64,000 nt of DNA from an uncultured Poribacteria bacterium (GCA_958296135.2 CATQHZ020000001.1:4672001-4736000), one strand, 5' to 3'; numbered from the stretch's first letter, positions 38,926-50,736 are shown. Program-made: numbers and translations. Notes: generated by a model from the letters alone, not told the origin.

Positions 38926-41805
38926 CTACAGATAATTCTTCAAAAACTGCCCGGTATAGGACACCTTAACCGCCGCAACTTCCTCTGGCGTGCCGTGTGC
39001 CAACACCCGGCCGCCTTTATGCCCACCTTCCGGCCCGAGGTCGATCACATAATCGGCAGTTTTGATGACATCCAAGTGATGCTCAATCACAAGAACGGTG
39101 TGCCCCCTATCCACAAGTTTGTCAAGGCTGTCAAGGAGTTTCTGCACATCGGCGAGGTGGAGCCCAGTCGTCGGCTCATCTAAGATATAGAGGTTGTGTT
39201 TGCCGCGTTTGATCTTGCCGAGTTCGCTCGCGAGTTTCACCCGCTGCGCCTCGCCGCCGGAGAGAAGCGGCGCAGGATGCCCTATCTGAAGGTAACCCAT
39301 CCCTAACTCGTTGAGCACGCTCAATTTGTGATTAATCAGCCGCTGGTCTTCAAAGAATTCAACGCCTTCCTCAATCGACATATCGAGGATTTCGGCGATG
39401 TTCTTGCCGTTGTAAGTCACCTCCAGCGTGTCCTGATTGTAGCGCGCGCCTTTACAAGTCGGACAGACTACCTCAACATCGGGCATGAAGTGGAGTTTCG
39501 TGGTGATAGTGCCTTCGCCGTGGCACTCCTCGCACCGTCCACCTTTGACGTTGAAACTAAACCGTCCTACGGCGTAGCCGCGCGCCATCGCCATCGGCGT
39601 GCTCGCAAAAAGCTTGCGGATGTTATCGTAAAAACCAATGTAGGTAGCGGGATTAGAACGCGACGAACGCCCAATCGGCGACTGATCGATGTTGATAACA
39701 TCGCTGACGTGTTCATGCCCGGCTAGCGTGTCGTGCGCGCCGTAGAGCGTGCGGCTGTCGTGGTAAATGGAATAGAGCCGCTTATAGAGAATCTCGTTGA
39801 CGAGGGTGCTTTTGCCGGAGCCAGACGCGCCTGTCACACAGATAAACACGCCGAGCGGGATGTCAACGTTGAGACTTCTCAGGTTGTTTTCTCTCGCACC
39901 GGTGATACTTAGGAAGGTGCCGTTGAGGTGGCGGCGTTGTTCCGGGAGCGAAATCTCGCGTCTGCCGCTCATGTAGAGGCCTGTCAAGGAATCGGGGCAC
40001 TCCAGAATAGTGTCAAGCGTTCCCTGCACGACGACGTGCCCGCCGTGGACCCCGGGTCCCGGCCCGAGTTCAATGATGTGGTCTGCAGCGCGAATCGTGC
40101 TTTCATCGTGCTCCACGACGATAACGGTGTTGCCGATGTCTCGCAGTTTGCGTAGCGTCTCAATCATCTTCTTGTTGTCCTTCGGATGCAAACCGATGCT
40201 CGGTTCATCAAGGACGTACAGCATGCCCATCAGCCCGGAGCCTATCTGGGTGGAGAGCCGAATCCGTTGCGATTCACCGCCGGAGAGCGTCGCAGCGCGG
40301 CGATTCAGGTTGAGGTAGTCAAGCCCAATGCCGAGCAAGAGGTTAATCCGTGCAACGAGCTCTCTGATAACGCGGGTGCCTGCCTCGCGATGCTTCTCGT
40401 GAATTGTTTCCTTATCAATTGATAAAAGAAAATCCCGCAGCTCCTCGAAGTGCAGTTCGCCGACCTCGTGGATAGTCCGCTCTTTGACAGTGACGAGGAG
40501 CCGCTGGCGTTTGAGCTTCGCGCCGCCGCAGTCGGGACAAGTATGTTCCACCATGACTTTGCGGAGGTATTCTTCCATGCCGGAGTGCGCTTCGCCTTGT
40601 TTCCGATAGTGGCGGTAGTGCCTATCGATGCGGGTGATGATGCCGTCAAAACGGATTTTTCTGCCGAGGTGACGTTTCTCGATCGGCTTCGCATCCGGCG
40701 GCTGGCAAATCGGGAACTCCTCGCCGCGCGTGCCGTGGAAGAGGATATCCACAACGTCGGGCGATAACGCCGCGAAGGGGGCGTTCAGGTCGAACCCGTA
40801 GTGTTGGGACATGCTGTAGAGTGTCCTGCCATCCCACCGGCCCGGGTCGTAACCTGTGGATTGGTGCGCGAACGTGCCCTCAGCGATGCTCCGTGTCTTA
40901 TCGGGGACGAGGAGATTCGGATGCACTTGCAGATAGGTGCCGAGTCCAGAGCAGGTGACACACGCCCCAGTCGGTTCGTTGAAGGTGAAGTGATGCGGGC
41001 CGAGCTCACCCATCAGCACGCCGTGTTCGGGGCATCCGAAACTCTCCAATTCCGGTGCGCCTACCGGCAGGATTTCGGGCAGCTCCGGGTCGCGCACCTG
41101 GAAACTCATGAAGCCTTCGCCCACCAGCATCGTATGCTCAAGCGAGGCGAGCACCTGCTTGTCAATATCCTTCTGGATAAAGAACTTGTCAACGATGACC
41201 TGGATGTCGTAGCCCTCGTCCTCGTCCAATTCAATTTCCTCGCTGATGTCATGCGGTTCGCCGTTAATGCGAACGTGACGGCACCCCTTCGTGCGAATGT
41301 CGTCAAAGAGGTAGTCGTAATCTTCACCATAGATTTTGAAGACCGGGGCGTGGATTTCTACCTCAGTGCCTTCCGGCAGCGAGAGCAGCCGCTCTAAAAT
41401 CTGATGGTGGGAGCGGATGGGAATCTCACGTTCACAATACGGGCAGTGCGCAATGCCGATGGTGGCATAGAGCATCCGCAGGAAATCCTGCAGATCTGTC
41501 ATCGTGCCGACGGTGGAGCGCGGGTTCATCGTAACAGTTTTCTGCTCAATGGAGACAACCGGGGAGAGCCCATCGACGAAATCGACATCGGGTTTCTTAA
41601 GCTGCGTGATGAAGCGTTTGGCGTAAGTGGACATGGATTCTAGGAACCGGCGCTGCCCCTCGGCATAAACGGTATCAAATGCCAACGATGACTTGCCGGA
41701 ACCGCTGATGCCCGTGACGACAACCAACTGGTCTCGGGGGATTTCAACTTCTATGTCTTGCAGATTATTTTCTCTCGCGCCTTTGACAGCGACAGTCTGT
41801 CTCAT
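38926..41805 (-). CDS. uvrA: Excinuclease ABC subunit UvrA
   Basis: [14 protein letters not shown], Zn fingers, [11 protein letters not shown], second ABC domain. Confidence 0.95.
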   Translation of the reverse strand: MRQTVAVKGARENNLQDIEVEIPRDQLVVVTGISGSGKSSLAFDTVYAEGQRRFLESMSTYAKRFITQLKKPDVDFVDGLSPVVSIEQKTVTMNPRSTVGTMTDLQDFLRMLYATIGIAHCPYCEREIPIRSHHQILERLLSLPEGTEVEIHAPVFKIYGEDYDYLFDDIRTKGCRHVRINGEPHDISEEIELDEDEGYDIQVIVDKFFIQKDIDKQVLASLEHTMLVGEGFMSFQVRDPELPEILPVGAPELESFGCPEHGVLMGELGPHHFTFNEPTGACVTCSGLGTYLQVHPNLLVPDKTRSIAEGTFAHQSTGYDPGRWDGRTLYSMSQHYGFDLNAPFAALSPDVVDILFHGTRGEEFPICQPPDAKPIEKRHLGRKIRFDGIITRIDRHYRHYRKQGEAHSGMEEYLRKVMVEHTCPDCGGAKLKRQRLLVTVKERTIHEVGELHFEELRDFLLSIDKETIHEKHREAGTRVIRELVARINLLLGIGLDYLNLNRRAATLSGGESQRIRLSTQIGSGLMGMLYVLDEPSIGLHPKDNKKMIETLRKLRDIGNTVIVVEHDESTIRAADHIIELGPGPGVHGGHVVVQGTLDTILECPDSLTGLYMSGRREISLPEQRRHLNGTFLSITGARENNLRSLNVDIPLGVFICVTGASGSGKSTLVNEILYKRLYSIYHDSRTLYGAHDTLAGHEHVSDVINIDQSPIGRSSRSNPATYIGFYDNIRKLFASTPMAMARGYAVGRFSFNVKGGRCEECHGEGTITTKLHFMPDVEVVCPTCKGARYNQDTLEVTYNGKNIAEILDMSIEEGVEFFEDQRLINHKLSVLNELGMGYLQIGHPAPLLSGGEAQRVKLASELGKIKRGKHNLYILDEPTTGLHLADVQKLLDSLDKLVDRGHTVLVIEHHLDVIKTADYVIDLGPEGGHKGGRVLAHGTPEEVAAVKVSYTGQFLKNYL

Positions 41806-41839
41806 GGGGTACCTCCTATTGTCAGGACGGATGTCGTTC

Positions 41840-42210
41840 AGATAGGCATGTTGAGGGACAGGCCCTCAACCTACGGATTTCGGGATAACTATCGGCATAC
41901 GGACTTTTTTTAGATAGGCATGTTGAGGAACAGGCCCTCAACCTACGGATTTCGGGATAACTATCGGCATACGGACTTTTTTCAGATAGGCATGTTGAGG
42001 GACAGGCCCTCAACCTACGGATTTCGGGATAACTATCGGCATACGGACTTTTTTCAGATAGGCATGTTGAGGGACAGGCCCTCAACCTACGGATTTCGGG
42101 GTAACTATCGGCATACGGACTTTTTTTAGATAGGCATGTTGAGGGACAGGCCCTCAACCTACGGATTTCGGGGTAACTATCGGCAGTTGAGGGACAGGCC
42201 CTCAACCTAC
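41840..42210. repeat. 72-bp tandem array built on a GTAG REP hairpin
   Basis: Four full units plus one truncated; six GTTGAGGGACAGGCCCTCAACCTAC hairpins; linkers near-identical. Confidence 0.9.
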
Positions 42211-42235
42211 GGGGGCAAGACCAGGTGAGCCTGCC

Positions 42236-44155
42236 CTACAAAAACGGATTATCGGCATCGTAATAGTAAGACGGTTGCTCAACGGAAACTTGGCTGTCCT
42301 TCGTTAAACGGATAGGCGCGGAGAATTGCTCAATAATCCCCTTCTGTGACAGCCACTCGCATGCTAATTCAAAAAAGAGGCCGCGGCGGCCGATGTTATC
42401 AAAGATGTCGGGTATCGTGCGCTCCTCACCCGCTGCCTCAAGGAAATCTAGCAACGGTTTGAAAAGCGTTGACACGCGCGCCTCCAAATATCCATCTACC
42501 TGCTCCAACACCTTCGCAAGCATCGCCTCATCTTTCGGTTTGTCAAGAATATCCGTGAAAACGGCGTTGAAAAAGGACGGATTATGCTTAATCGCTTGGT
42601 AGATAACCTTCCGCTTCGGCGTTTCGCCGTGCATGAGGGTTTCAATCCGCGCGAGCCGTCTGATGACATCTATCAAATAGACAAAGGTATAATCAAAATC
42701 GCGCTTGAGGTGAAACCATTTTTCCGCCTTCGCCAAGATAGCAGTGGCACCGCCTGCCGCGTTGAGCAGTTGGGTATGTTTATCGCGTTCGCCGACAACT
42801 CTATCTGTCATGTCCTTGAGCCAATCGGCGAGCCCCGGCTCTTTGGAAAAAAGGAGCGTGCTTTCAGCGAGGCGCGCGTGGAGCTTGCTTCCCTGTAACG
42901 TCTTCTCTAGTTGCCGCCGATACTCACTACGCGTATAGAGTTTAACCCGAAACGGCACGCTTTCTTCAATTAAAAAACATTCCGATTCGGAGCTCGCGCC
43001 TCTCTTCAATCTCGTCCCATCTCTGAGCACCACGGTGAGGTAAGGCGTTGTTTTCTCCCAGACGTTGGCCTCGGCGAGGTTGCTAGTGAGAATCGCGGCG
43101 AGGACATACCGGTCTTGCTTGAGCGTCTCGGTGAGACTCGCCACCGCATCGTGAATCCGCTGATGGATAGCGGCTCTTCCGGCAGGCTCGCGATTTCCGC
43201 TCGTAGGAAAGCCCTCTCGTTCCGGACTTCCCTCATCATAATAATACGCCGGCTCCTCCACAGAGACTTGACTCTTAACCGTCAATTTCACCGGCACCGC
43301 AATCTGCCGGAGGATACCCTTCCACGCGAGCCACTGACACACCAGCGCCAGCGATTGCTCGTCAAAACCAGCCTTGAAATGCGCGTTGATTTCGGTGTTG
43401 GAGCGCGGTGCGTTCTGCTCAATGAGGTAATCTACAATCGGCTGAAAGATGAAACACCGTTCGTCAAGGTAGGCGTTGACTGCATCCAGCACCTCTTGGA
43501 TAACAGCCGCGTTTTTCTCGCAGTTAATGAGTTCCGTATAGACACGGTTAAAGAAATCGGGGTTGTAAAGGAGCGCAGGCTGAATCACCTCGCGCGCCGG
43601 GATTTCGTCGTTGAGAAGCACCTCTATCCGCGCCAATCCTTGCACCACGTTCAACAACGTAAGAAAGCAGGTGATGACATCTCGATTCACGTAAAACTGC
43701 TTCTCGGCATAAACGAGGTTCGGCAGTGTGCTGGCGATAACGTTCAGCAGCTGGAGTTGCTTATCGCGCTCACCGATACCGTGGCGATTCGCGTTCTTGT
43801 CATACCACTCTCGGATCGATGCATCGCGTGAAAAGAGGAGCGTGCTGTGCGAGAAATAGGAGTGCATGAAAGAGCCTTGCTGCGCGCCCTCAAACATCTG
43901 CTTGAACTTGTTGCGTGGAGTCAAAGAGGCGTGAATGTTGACACCGTTTTCCACCAGCGTGAAGAAATCTTGCGTCGGACGGATGCCGTCTCTGCCGATG
44001 ATGTCGACATCCAGGTCAGATTTCTCCCAGACTTGCGCGTAGGAAAAGCTGCCTCCGACAATAACGGCGAGGATATAAGGGTCTCCCTTGATCTTCTCGA
44101 CGAGAGTTTTGACTGCCTCGTGGTATTGTTGTTCAATGGCATCTTGGGATTTCAT
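42236..44155 (-). CDS. Protein with two tandem nucleotidyltransferase-like modules
   Basis: Module 1 GGSFS...EKSDLDV; module 2 TSNLA...EKTTPYL; shared GERDK.QLL, LARIE.L, SQVSVE.P.YYYD. Confidence 0.7.
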   Translation of the reverse strand: MKSQDAIEQQYHEAVKTLVEKIKGDPYILAVIVGGSFSYAQVWEKSDLDVDIIGRDGIRPTQDFFTLVENGVNIHASLTPRNKFKQMFEGAQQGSFMHSYFSHSTLLFSRDASIREWYDKNANRHGIGERDKQLQLLNVIASTLPNLVYAEKQFYVNRDVITCFLTLLNVVQGLARIEVLLNDEIPAREVIQPALLYNPDFFNRVYTELINCEKNAAVIQEVLDAVNAYLDERCFIFQPIVDYLIEQNAPRSNTEINAHFKAGFDEQSLALVCQWLAWKGILRQIAVPVKLTVKSQVSVEEPAYYYDEGSPEREGFPTSGNREPAGRAAIHQRIHDAVASLTETLKQDRYVLAAILTSNLAEANVWEKTTPYLTVVLRDGTRLKRGASSESECFLIEESVPFRVKLYTRSEYRRQLEKTLQGSKLHARLAESTLLFSKEPGLADWLKDMTDRVVGERDKHTQLLNAAGGATAILAKAEKWFHLKRDFDYTFVYLIDVIRRLARIETLMHGETPKRKVIYQAIKHNPSFFNAVFTDILDKPKDEAMLAKVLEQVDGYLEARVSTLFKPLLDFLEAAGEERTIPDIFDNIGRRGLFFELACEWLSQKGIIEQFSAPIRLTKDSQVSVEQPSYYYDADNPFL

Positions 44156-44378
44156 GAGGACTTCTCCTATTTCGCGTTTCTGGTTCCTAGGACTTACACA
44201 GAAACGGTACCGGTAGGCGCGGTTTGAAACCGCGCCTACGGGCACGTGTAGGTTTTTGCGTCAGGGCTATTCTGTTACGAACCGAAGGGAGTCCATCGTG
44301 CATAGGACAGCACGGCGAGGGAAACCCGCGGCGATTCGCGCTCGCCGGGCCCTCGCCCTACGGTAAAAATCGAAAACG

Positions 44379-45134
44379 CTACCGGGATTTCAGCGAGCCC
44401 CACATCATCGCTAATTTGCCTGATGGCGAGACAGCAAGCGCAGTCTCCCAGCCTTCTTCAGCGAGGAATTGGATGTCCTCCTCCGCTAACGCAACGCCTT
44501 TTTTGGAGATGAAAACCTCGTCTAACCCACCGAGGAGGTTCTCACTGCCCCAGCCACCGAACTTGAGAGGTGCCGGGTTATCCATGTTCGCGCCGACATT
44601 CCGCTCCGTGTCCTTTTTGCCATCGACATACAGCGAGATAACGCCTTTCCGCCGCACGGCGACAGTGTGATGCCACCCTTTTTTCACAATCTCGGTTTTG
44701 CCATCGTCAATGTGTTGCCCGCCGCCCTCAAAAATGAAAACGCCGGAATCCCTGTCAATGCTAGAGCTCATCGCCCAGAACCCCGCACCGCCGTTGCGTT
44801 TGATGACAACGTAGGCATCTAAATTCTGCGAGTCCATCCAACACCCAACGGTGAAGTCGTCGTCCTCAAAATTGAAAAGTTCGTTGTGTTCAATAGTGAC
44901 ATACTTGGGGCTGCCATCAAACTCCAACGCCTTGCCAAACTTGCCATCAATCCATTTAGGGCCATCGAATTCTCCATCGTTTCCGTTGCCAGCCAGGTCT
45001 GCCGCGGTATTACCTTTGCCTTCATCGAAGAGCCACACGCCAGCGAAATCGTCTAGGTTAATCTCGGCGTGGCTGTGTGTGACAACAATGAGACTGAGCG
45101 CGAAAAAACTGATAAACAGATTGCGAAAGTTCAT
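44379..45134 (-). CDS. Secreted LamG-like protein with KL..WG.LK tail
   Basis: WLFDEG, GKFGKALEFDG, WHH, LYVDG, LDEV. Confidence 0.85.
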   Translation of the reverse strand: MNFRNLFISFFALSLIVVTHSHAEINLDDFAGVWLFDEGKGNTAADLAGNGNDGEFDGPKWIDGKFGKALEFDGSPKYVTIEHNELFNFEDDDFTVGCWMDSQNLDAYVVIKRNGGAGFWAMSSSIDRDSGVFIFEGGGQHIDDGKTEIVKKGWHHTVAVRRKGVISLYVDGKKDTERNVGANMDNPAPLKFGGWGSENLLGGLDEVFISKKGVALAEEDIQFLAEEGWETALAVSPSGKLAMMWGSLKSR

Positions 45135-45236
45135 CTCTATTCCTCCTTTTGTAAAGAACCGGGTAGGCGCGCTTTGCAAGCGCGTACATGAATCGGAGCA
45201 CAATTTCAAATTCAAACAGCACCTACCGGCATTTCT

Positions 45237-46319
45237 TTAGCCTGTTTCTATCTCCACCGAGGTGCCTACCGCTGCAGAGGCGTAAATCGCATCGGTTATC
45301 TTCTGAACGACGAGGGCCTGTTCAAGGGTTGTCATCGGTTGCCGGTTTTCACGGATGGCGGCGGCGAAGTCGGATAACGGCGTTTCGTGCTTCGTCTCGG
45401 CACTAGTGCGGTTGCGAAACTCCTCAATAATATTTAGCGGAAGGCGTTCGGTATCCACGCCGTGCTCGGTTGTCGTCTCGTTGTAGATAATTCGTTCGGG
45501 ATACCGGATACCCATGTTGAGGGTAAGAGAGCCTTCGGTGCCGATGATGCGCCAATCGTCGTGGGAGTCCGCTGTCGTGTATTCGCCGCGTTCCATGCTG
45601 ATAACCGTCCCATCCTCACACCGAATGAGCGCGGCGTAGTGCGTCTCCGCATCGGAGCCGGGGGCAATGTGCGCTTCAAACACCGGCGGCACCGTCCATG
45701 TCTGTGCGAACACGGTTTTCGGTTTGAGCCGCCATCCCGTAAGCCCGAGCAGGTAGTCAATGTCGTAGCATCCCCAGTTGACAAGGATGCCGCCGCCGTT
45801 GAGTGCCTTTATCAACCGCCATGCCGGGCGCGGTGTTTCCGGTTGCCCCTTCGCGCTGATAATGGCGCGGCAGTAGACGGTGCGGAGCTCCCCAAGTTTG
45901 CCTCTGGCGACGATATCCGTCGCGATGCGTGCCGATTCAGTAAATCGCTTGCGAGAAGAACAGCACGCCGATGTCAGCTCACCACGCGCCGCGATGAACT
46001 GACGCACCTCGGCGGCATTCATGGCAATCGGTTTTTCTATCAAAACGTGCTTCCCTTTATCAAAAGCGCGCAGTGCCATCTCCGTACGATGCCGCGTCGG
46101 AAATGCGAGGACGACTGCCTCAATCTCATCGTCGTTGAGCAACGCCTCGCCGTTTGCGTAGATTCTCGGCGGATTGAAGCGTTTAGCAGCGCGATGGCGG
46201 TTCTCTTCAATCAAATCTGCAGCGGCGACGAGCTCAATGTGCGGTGCCTCTGTAGCGATGCTGAGATGCCTGCTGCCGATGACACCGCATCCGATAATCC
46301 CTACTTTTACAGGTTCCAT
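45237..46319 (-). CDS. Gfo/Idh/MocA family oxidoreductase
   Basis: GIIGCGVIG, GKHVLIEKP, GGGIL. Confidence 0.9.
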   Translation of the reverse strand: MEPVKVGIIGCGVIGSRHLSIATEAPHIELVAAADLIEENRHRAAKRFNPPRIYANGEALLNDDEIEAVVLAFPTRHRTEMALRAFDKGKHVLIEKPIAMNAAEVRQFIAARGELTSACCSSRKRFTESARIATDIVARGKLGELRTVYCRAIISAKGQPETPRPAWRLIKALNGGGILVNWGCYDIDYLLGLTGWRLKPKTVFAQTWTVPPVFEAHIAPGSDAETHYAALIRCEDGTVISMERGEYTTADSHDDWRIIGTEGSLTLNMGIRYPERIIYNETTTEHGVDTERLPLNIIEEFRNRTSAETKHETPLSDFAAAIRENRQPMTTLEQALVVQKITDAIYASAAVGTSVEIETG

Positions 46320-46342
46320 AAGGTGCTCCTTGTATCGCGCGC

Positions 46343-47134
46343 CTACCAAGCGGTTTTGAGTTCGCCCCACCGCGTCGCGAGTTTGCCGCGCGGCTCAACC
46401 GGGAGCCCCTCCGCCTCGAAAATCTGTTTCACTTCATCGGCAGAGAGTGCCTTGCTGTAAATCATTACCTCGTCGATGATGCCGACAAAGCCGCCATCAC
46501 CGGCATGGCCTATCTCCGTTTCCGAACCGCCGGTAGCCATCGGGCCATTATAATTCTGCTCTTTCTCCAACTCTCCATCAACGTAGAGCAACATATCCTT
46601 TTTGTTCACCACACCGACGAGATGGTGCCAGGCACCCTCTTTAAAGGCCGCCGCACCGAAACCGCCATCGCCTTGCCAACCGGGTGTCACGATAAATTCC
46701 ATCTCTTGTCCCGCGTTTCTGCCATCGAACCGCAGGGCCCAACCGTTGACATCGCGTTGCGCGACGATGGTGCCGCAGCAGCCGGCAACAACGCCTTTGA
46801 CAGGACTATCGCTGTCAGCATTCACCCAAGCGACAACGCTCATCTCTTCCTCACCCGCAAATTCTAGCGTGGCAGTACCAGGGATATGGACAGAATTCTC
46901 GCCGTTAAACTCCAAGGCCTTCCCGACTTTACCGGCTACGGATTTCGGATTTCCTTCAAGTTCGCCATCGTTATCACCCAAAACGTCTGCCACGGTGTTG
47001 CCGGTGATAGTGCCATCGTCAAAGGGCCAATAACTCACGACTCCCTCAAGCGGGAGTTGGGCGCGTGTCACAGGCACACTCATACAGAGCAAGGCGATGA
47101 AAATAACGAAAAGTGTTGATATTTTTTGAAACAT
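46343..47134 (-). CDS. Secreted LamG-like protein with KL.T.WG.LK tail
   Basis: YWPFD, GKVGKALEF, WHHLVGV, IDEV. Confidence 0.85.
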   Translation of the reverse strand: MFQKISTLFVIFIALLCMSVPVTRAQLPLEGVVSYWPFDDGTITGNTVADVLGDNDGELEGNPKSVAGKVGKALEFNGENSVHIPGTATLEFAGEEEMSVVAWVNADSDSPVKGVVAGCCGTIVAQRDVNGWALRFDGRNAGQEMEFIVTPGWQGDGGFGAAAFKEGAWHHLVGVVNKKDMLLYVDGELEKEQNYNGPMATGGSETEIGHAGDGGFVGIIDEVMIYSKALSADEVKQIFEAEGLPVEPRGKLATRWGELKTAW

Positions 47135-47233
47135 GGTGGGTTTATCTCCTTAAACGGGCGGATAGAGAAATCCGCCCTTACGAACCGGTAGGCGCGCTTA
47201 CAAAGCGCGCCTACCGGGGTTCGGATGTGCATT

Positions 47234-48022
47234 TTAATACTGCGCTTTGACATTCGCCCAAGTGGTAGGCAGCTTGTCCGCCGGTTCAACCGGTGTCAAA
47301 AGCGACGCGGACAACCCCTTTTCCATTAGCGTCTGGATGTCGTCAGCACCTAAGGCGACGTTAAAGATGGCGACTTCGTCAATGATAGCGTTCCCGAAGC
47401 GGTCGTCACAACACGTATCCCTACCGATGAAGACAGGGCCGTCATCGGCATCAATCGGATCCGTGTTGATAGTCATCGTGCTTTCAGCAACACCGTCGAT
47501 GTAGATGTTCCACTCGCCGGTAGCACTGTCAAAAGTGACGGTGTAGAGATGCCACTCGGTGATGTCCTCCGGTCCGACTTCGCCATCGCGCCAGCCGCCG
47601 GGGTTATTCCAACAACCGCCGTTACAAATCGGCCAGGAGACGTTTTTGGTATCGGCGTTCGGATGGATAATGTAGGCATCCCGTTTTTCAATGAACCACC
47701 CGTGCTGCGCCCAGGTGTCCGTCATGCTTTTTACCCACATTGAAACAGTGATTGCATCGGTAGGGTTCACATGCGCGGGGACTTCAACGTAAGCACCTAC
47801 GCCGTCAAGTTCCAGCGCGGAACCGAATTTCCCGCTCACCCACTTCGGGCCGCCCATCAGTGCGGCATCAAGCCCGCTATCGGAGGAATCCATGGCAACA
47901 TCGCCGCTGCCTTCGTCAAAAAGCCACAGGCCTGTCACATTGCCCATATCCAACGCCGCGCCGGACATAGCGGTGACAAGTAAGCAACAGAGGGATGCCA
48001 CAAAGGTTAAGATAGTTTTCAT
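47234..48022 (-). CDS. Secreted LamG-like protein with KL.TTW..VK tail
   Basis: WLFDEG, GKFGSALELDG, WHLYTVTFD, IDEVAIFN. Confidence 0.85.
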   Translation of the reverse strand: MKTILTFVASLCCLLVTAMSGAALDMGNVTGLWLFDEGSGDVAMDSSDSGLDAALMGGPKWVSGKFGSALELDGVGAYVEVPAHVNPTDAITVSMWVKSMTDTWAQHGWFIEKRDAYIIHPNADTKNVSWPICNGGCWNNPGGWRDGEVGPEDITEWHLYTVTFDSATGEWNIYIDGVAESTMTINTDPIDADDGPVFIGRDTCCDDRFGNAIIDEVAIFNVALGADDIQTLMEKGLSASLLTPVEPADKLPTTWANVKAQY

Positions 48023-48180
48023 GAAATCAAATCTCCTACTTGGCAGGACACACGCAAATGCCATAATTCGCCGCCCGTGGGCGCGGTTTCAAACCGCGCC
48101 CACGGGGTTCAGTCTGCGCCCATCCTATTGGTTAAAAAACAACATGTTGACAACTATTATCGCATATTGTTCAATTGATG

Positions 48181-49032
48181 TCAATGAAAAAATAGATATT
48201 CAAGCAGACGCGCGCCATCACGGAAATCGGGGATGATGATGTCCGCACCGGCCCGGATGAGGCGTTCCCGTTTATCGGCGTTCATGTTGTAGACGTTGTC
48301 CTCAACGGATGCGACACCGACAGCAATCGCGCCGACAGCTTTGGCGTTTTCAATCTCCACATACCCATCGCCAACGATGAGAAGTTCACTCCCGCTGAGC
48401 CCGAAATCAGTCAAAATGTTCTGGAGCACCATCGCTTTGGAGAACTTCTGATACTCGCGCAGCGCGCCGAAAATACCGCCATCAAAATAGGCGGCAACAC
48501 CGAGCAGTGCCGCTTCGTTCCGGACGAATGCCACATCGGTGCCACTGGCAAGATAGCAGGTAATACCCATTTCGCGTAGGCTTCGCAGAAATTCGAGGGA
48601 CATCGGCACGCGGAGCGGTTCAGCGGAGAGGGTTCCTGCCACAAGCCCTGCAATTCGTTCCTCAACGACAGGAAGCAAACGACGGTTGTATTCGTCTTTA
48701 TAGGCGAGCGGTTCTTGCGATGTGCCGCCGCGCTTCGCGATTTCTTCGCCTAACTGAATCATCTGGTAAATAGTCTGCTTGCCGGTCAGCTTATCCACAA
48801 ATTCCACGACGACTTCCTCTAGTTCCGCGCGCGTCTCGGTGGTATCGGTTTCAGTCTGGAGGAAGTCCACCATCATCGGCACCATGACGTTCTGCCAGCC
48901 ATCCCGGATAAGGGAGATAGTGCCGTCAAAATCGAAGACGACATGGCCGATGTTGCCGGTTTCAATGTCGCGATGTAACTCAATTGCTGTTCCGTCTAAG
49001 GTGTGATATTGCACTGTAGAAACGTTCTGCAT
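48181..49032 (-). CDS. HAD family hydrolase
   Basis: FDFDGT, LASG, VGDGYVE. Confidence 0.85.
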   Translation of the reverse strand: MQNVSTVQYHTLDGTAIELHRDIETGNIGHVVFDFDGTISLIRDGWQNVMVPMMVDFLQTETDTTETRAELEEVVVEFVDKLTGKQTIYQMIQLGEEIAKRGGTSQEPLAYKDEYNRRLLPVVEERIAGLVAGTLSAEPLRVPMSLEFLRSLREMGITCYLASGTDVAFVRNEAALLGVAAYFDGGIFGALREYQKFSKAMVLQNILTDFGLSGSELLIVGDGYVEIENAKAVGAIAVGVASVEDNVYNMNADKRERLIRAGADIIIPDFRDGARLLEYLFFH

Positions 49033-49051
49033 TGCGCGTTCTCCAAGGTAA

Positions 49052-50736
49052 TTAATGGGCTTCAGACACCACCGTCTCCTCGCCAAGCATGTCAACGATT
49101 TTCACGGCGACGCGCGCATCGGGACGCGGCAACGTAACTTCATACTCGCCACGGATAAAATCGCTCTTCTGTGCCGGGACATCACTCGCAACGATTGTGA
49201 AATGCTCCCCGGTGTAGTCGGTGTCAATCAGGACGCAATCGATCTGCGCCCGGAAATCGTCTATCTGCTCGTCAAAAGCCGTCCGGTCGATATCCAAGCG
49301 CGCCAAAATCGTCGGGCTGATGTAATCGGCGACTGTAATCTTGACTCGCTGTGCCTCGCGGGTAAACGTGACTTCTGCTTCTGCGGGCACGAACGTGGTG
49401 ACTCCGTCGTGTTGGATATCGCGGACGATGAATTTGTTTATCGGCCGGCGGCGGTTCTCTTCATCAAGTTCCGCCTGAATTCCCATCTCGCTGCCGTTAC
49501 ACAGCACGGTGACCGAACGTTCTTCGTCCGGACGCTCTCGCAGTTCGTCTTTGATATGTTGGATATCCAACCGAGTGAGCGGCCGAGTCAGATCGGCGAT
49601 TTTGACGAGCGTTCCATCTAGATGCCCATCAAAAACCAGGTCTTTCCGGTCCGTTTCCACGCCATATTTTGCGATGACAATCTGCCCGAGGTCATGCGCC
49701 TTGCTGAAGTCGTAATTATTGACGCGATAATGTGCAACGCCACGCGTCGCATTGAAGTGAGTCTGTATCCGTTTCATTGTCATATGTATCGCTCCTTTGT
49801 TCAGGTCTGCTGCAATCCAGCGTCTGCCGAGTTTCTCTGCAACAACGGCCGTGGTGCCGCTGCCGACGAAGCAGTCTAACACAATGGAATCCTCATTGCT
49901 GGATGCTTTGATAATCCGTTCAATGAGTGCCTCCGGCTTTTGCGTCGGATAATCAACCCGTTCCTTGGACATGGCATTAATAGTTGCTACGTCGAAAACA
50001 TCTTCTGGTAATTTGCCTTCGGGGTTATACGACTTGTTCCACTTTGGATCCGTGGACATTCCCCCGGGCCCGGATCGGTAAGGCACACGAACCCTATTAC
50101 CGTCAAAAAAAACTTGTGCTGCGTTTTTCGCGTAATAGAGAATTATGTCGTGCTTCTTATTCCACGTAGCGGCGGTATGCATTCCCCAACTATACCACCA
50201 CACAATCTCATTCCGAAATTGCTCCTCGCCAAAAATCTCATCCATAATTATTTTTAGGGCGTGGCTCTTCGTCGGATCGCAGTGCAGATAGATAGAACCG
50301 ACATCCGACAGCAGTTCGCGCATTAAAATGAGTCGCTCATACATGAATTGCAGGTAGTTGTCGTTCGCCCAGATATCGGTGTATTGCGTTTGTTCAAGCA
50401 CAGAGTGGCCCTCGGCCGCCAGGGCCGTCGGTTGCCCGCGCAGTTTCACCTTCCGGACGTAATCCGCCCCGCTGTCAAACGGCGGATCGATGCAGATGAG
50501 GTCGATCTTGCCGCGAAACCCCTGTACGAGTAACGTGGAGAGGATTTCCTTGTTATCCCCATGAAAAATCAGATTCGGACCGGTGACAAAGTCAGCGTAT
50601 GTAAATTTTGAAGGGGGGGGGTAATTCCAACATGGTATGTCTCAACCAGCTGTGCCGGATAGTAGTTCACCTTCTCAAGAGGGCGTTTCCCCACCCACTG
50701 TAGCATCGGCCGCCCTCTGACGGGTGTGATTTTCAT
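49052..50736 (-). CDS. mod: Type III R-M Mod subunit copy 2 (full length; frameshifted at C9 tract)
   Basis: ATG 50736 [14 protein letters not shown]; C9 at 50613-50621; then [20 protein letters not shown]; one extra C gives 561 aa. Confidence 0.85.

Noticed and set aside
41840-42210. CRISPR array
   Set aside because: Spacers between the palindromes are near-identical and there are no cas genes; it is a tandem REP repeat.
45462-46460. 332-aa plus-strand ORF
   Set aside because: Antisense to a clear oxidoreductase.
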